NCBI GenBank assembly: GCA_036679645.1
Contig: JAZDCY010000018.1
Coordinates: forward strand, 1 to 37,515
DNA length: 37,515 bases
Direction of reading: 5' to 3'
Source of the DNA: Gemmatimonadota bacterium
GTDB taxonomy: Bacteria > Gemmatimonadota > Gemmatimonadetes > Gemmatimonadales > GWC2-71-9
A model generated the notes under the pieces. It was not told the origin of the DNA. It made no database searches and was given only the letters and a program-made list of their open reading frames with translations. This document shows, one piece after another, positions 37,100 through 37,515 of the stretch (position 1 is its first letter; the number at the start of each line of letters is the position of its first letter). A program made the translations under genes and the position numbers.

Positions 37100-37515
37100 A
37101 TGGCCGGGAGCTACGATTCGCCGGGCGCGCAGCTCTACCGAACCTGGCGTCGTTTGCACGCGCTGCCCGCCGGCTCGTGGATATTCTCGCGCCTTGTCGG
37201 GCGGATGGTTCCGTATACGGGCGCGCTCCGCTGCCATGTGCGCGAGCTGCGACCGGGGTACGCGCGGGTCACGCTCAGAGACCGACGGGGCGTGCGAAAT
37301 CATCTGCGCTCCGTGCACGCCACCGCTCTGGCCACGCTGGGCGAATTCACCAGCGGCATCGCGATGCTCACCGGGCTTCCGCCCACAATTCGCGGAATCG
37401 TGCGCGGGCTGTCGGTCGAGTATCTCAAGAAAGCGCGCGGCCTACTCGTTGCCGAGTGCAACGCCGATATCCCAATCGTCAATACCGAGACCGAGCACCT
37501 GGTTCGTGCTGAGAT
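37100..37515 (+). CDS. Hotdog-fold thioesterase-like (DUF4442/PaaI-type) protein, runs off the window end
   Basis: Hand translation from ATG 37100: ...VPYTGAL...[28 protein letters not shown]...VEYLKKARG; absent from the ORF track because no stop lies within the window. Confidence 0.85.
   Translation, partial: MAGSYDSPGAQLYRTWRRLHALPAGSWIFSRLVGRMVPYTGALRCHVRELRPGYARVTLRDRRGVRNHLRSVHATALATLGEFTSGIAMLTGLPPTIRGIVRGLSVEYLKKARGLLVAECNADIPIVNTETEHLVRAE

Noticed and set aside
1..37515. Genome-wide reassignment of GTC/GTT from Val to Leu, suggested by the odd tRNA
   Set aside because: GTC encodes Val at conserved Val/Ile positions, e.g. kinase GGMATVY and GatE GLEVHQ; nothing suggests a code change, so at most partial mistranslation.

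Overview
GC-rich bacterial chromosome segment; the gene style (Ser/Thr kinase family, S9 peptidase, hypotheticals) suggests Gemmatimonadota, which is an inference. Order: PLP aminotransferase, membrane hypothetical, gltX, DUF3471-type exported protein, DPP-IV-like S9 peptidase, Bor-like lipoprotein, frameshifted amidohydrolase and AAA+/DUF4143 ATPase. Next is a decayed accessory zone (about 11.6-16.5 kb) around two convergent tRNA genes, with kinase relics, an orphan XRE antitoxin plus toxin relic, REP-like hairpins, and a controller-REase-MTase type II R-M cassette lying between the two ends of a kinase gene. Then come a CHI-fold protein, an archaeal-type gatE-gatD operon with an MFS gene, an Rrf2-narC-narGHJI-narK-narK-ric nitrate-respiration cluster, glnS, a DUF2231-like protein and a partial hotdog-fold gene. 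Top observations: (1) a perfectly folding class II, tRNA-Leu-bodied tRNA with a valine (GAC) anticodon loop at 12622-12705; (2) archaeal-type GatDE in a bacterium that also encodes GlnRS and a probably discriminating GluRS, with GatD lacking about 20 residues in frame; (3) the R-M cassette replacing the body of a kinase gene. All family calls are from motif recognition by eye; no searches were run.
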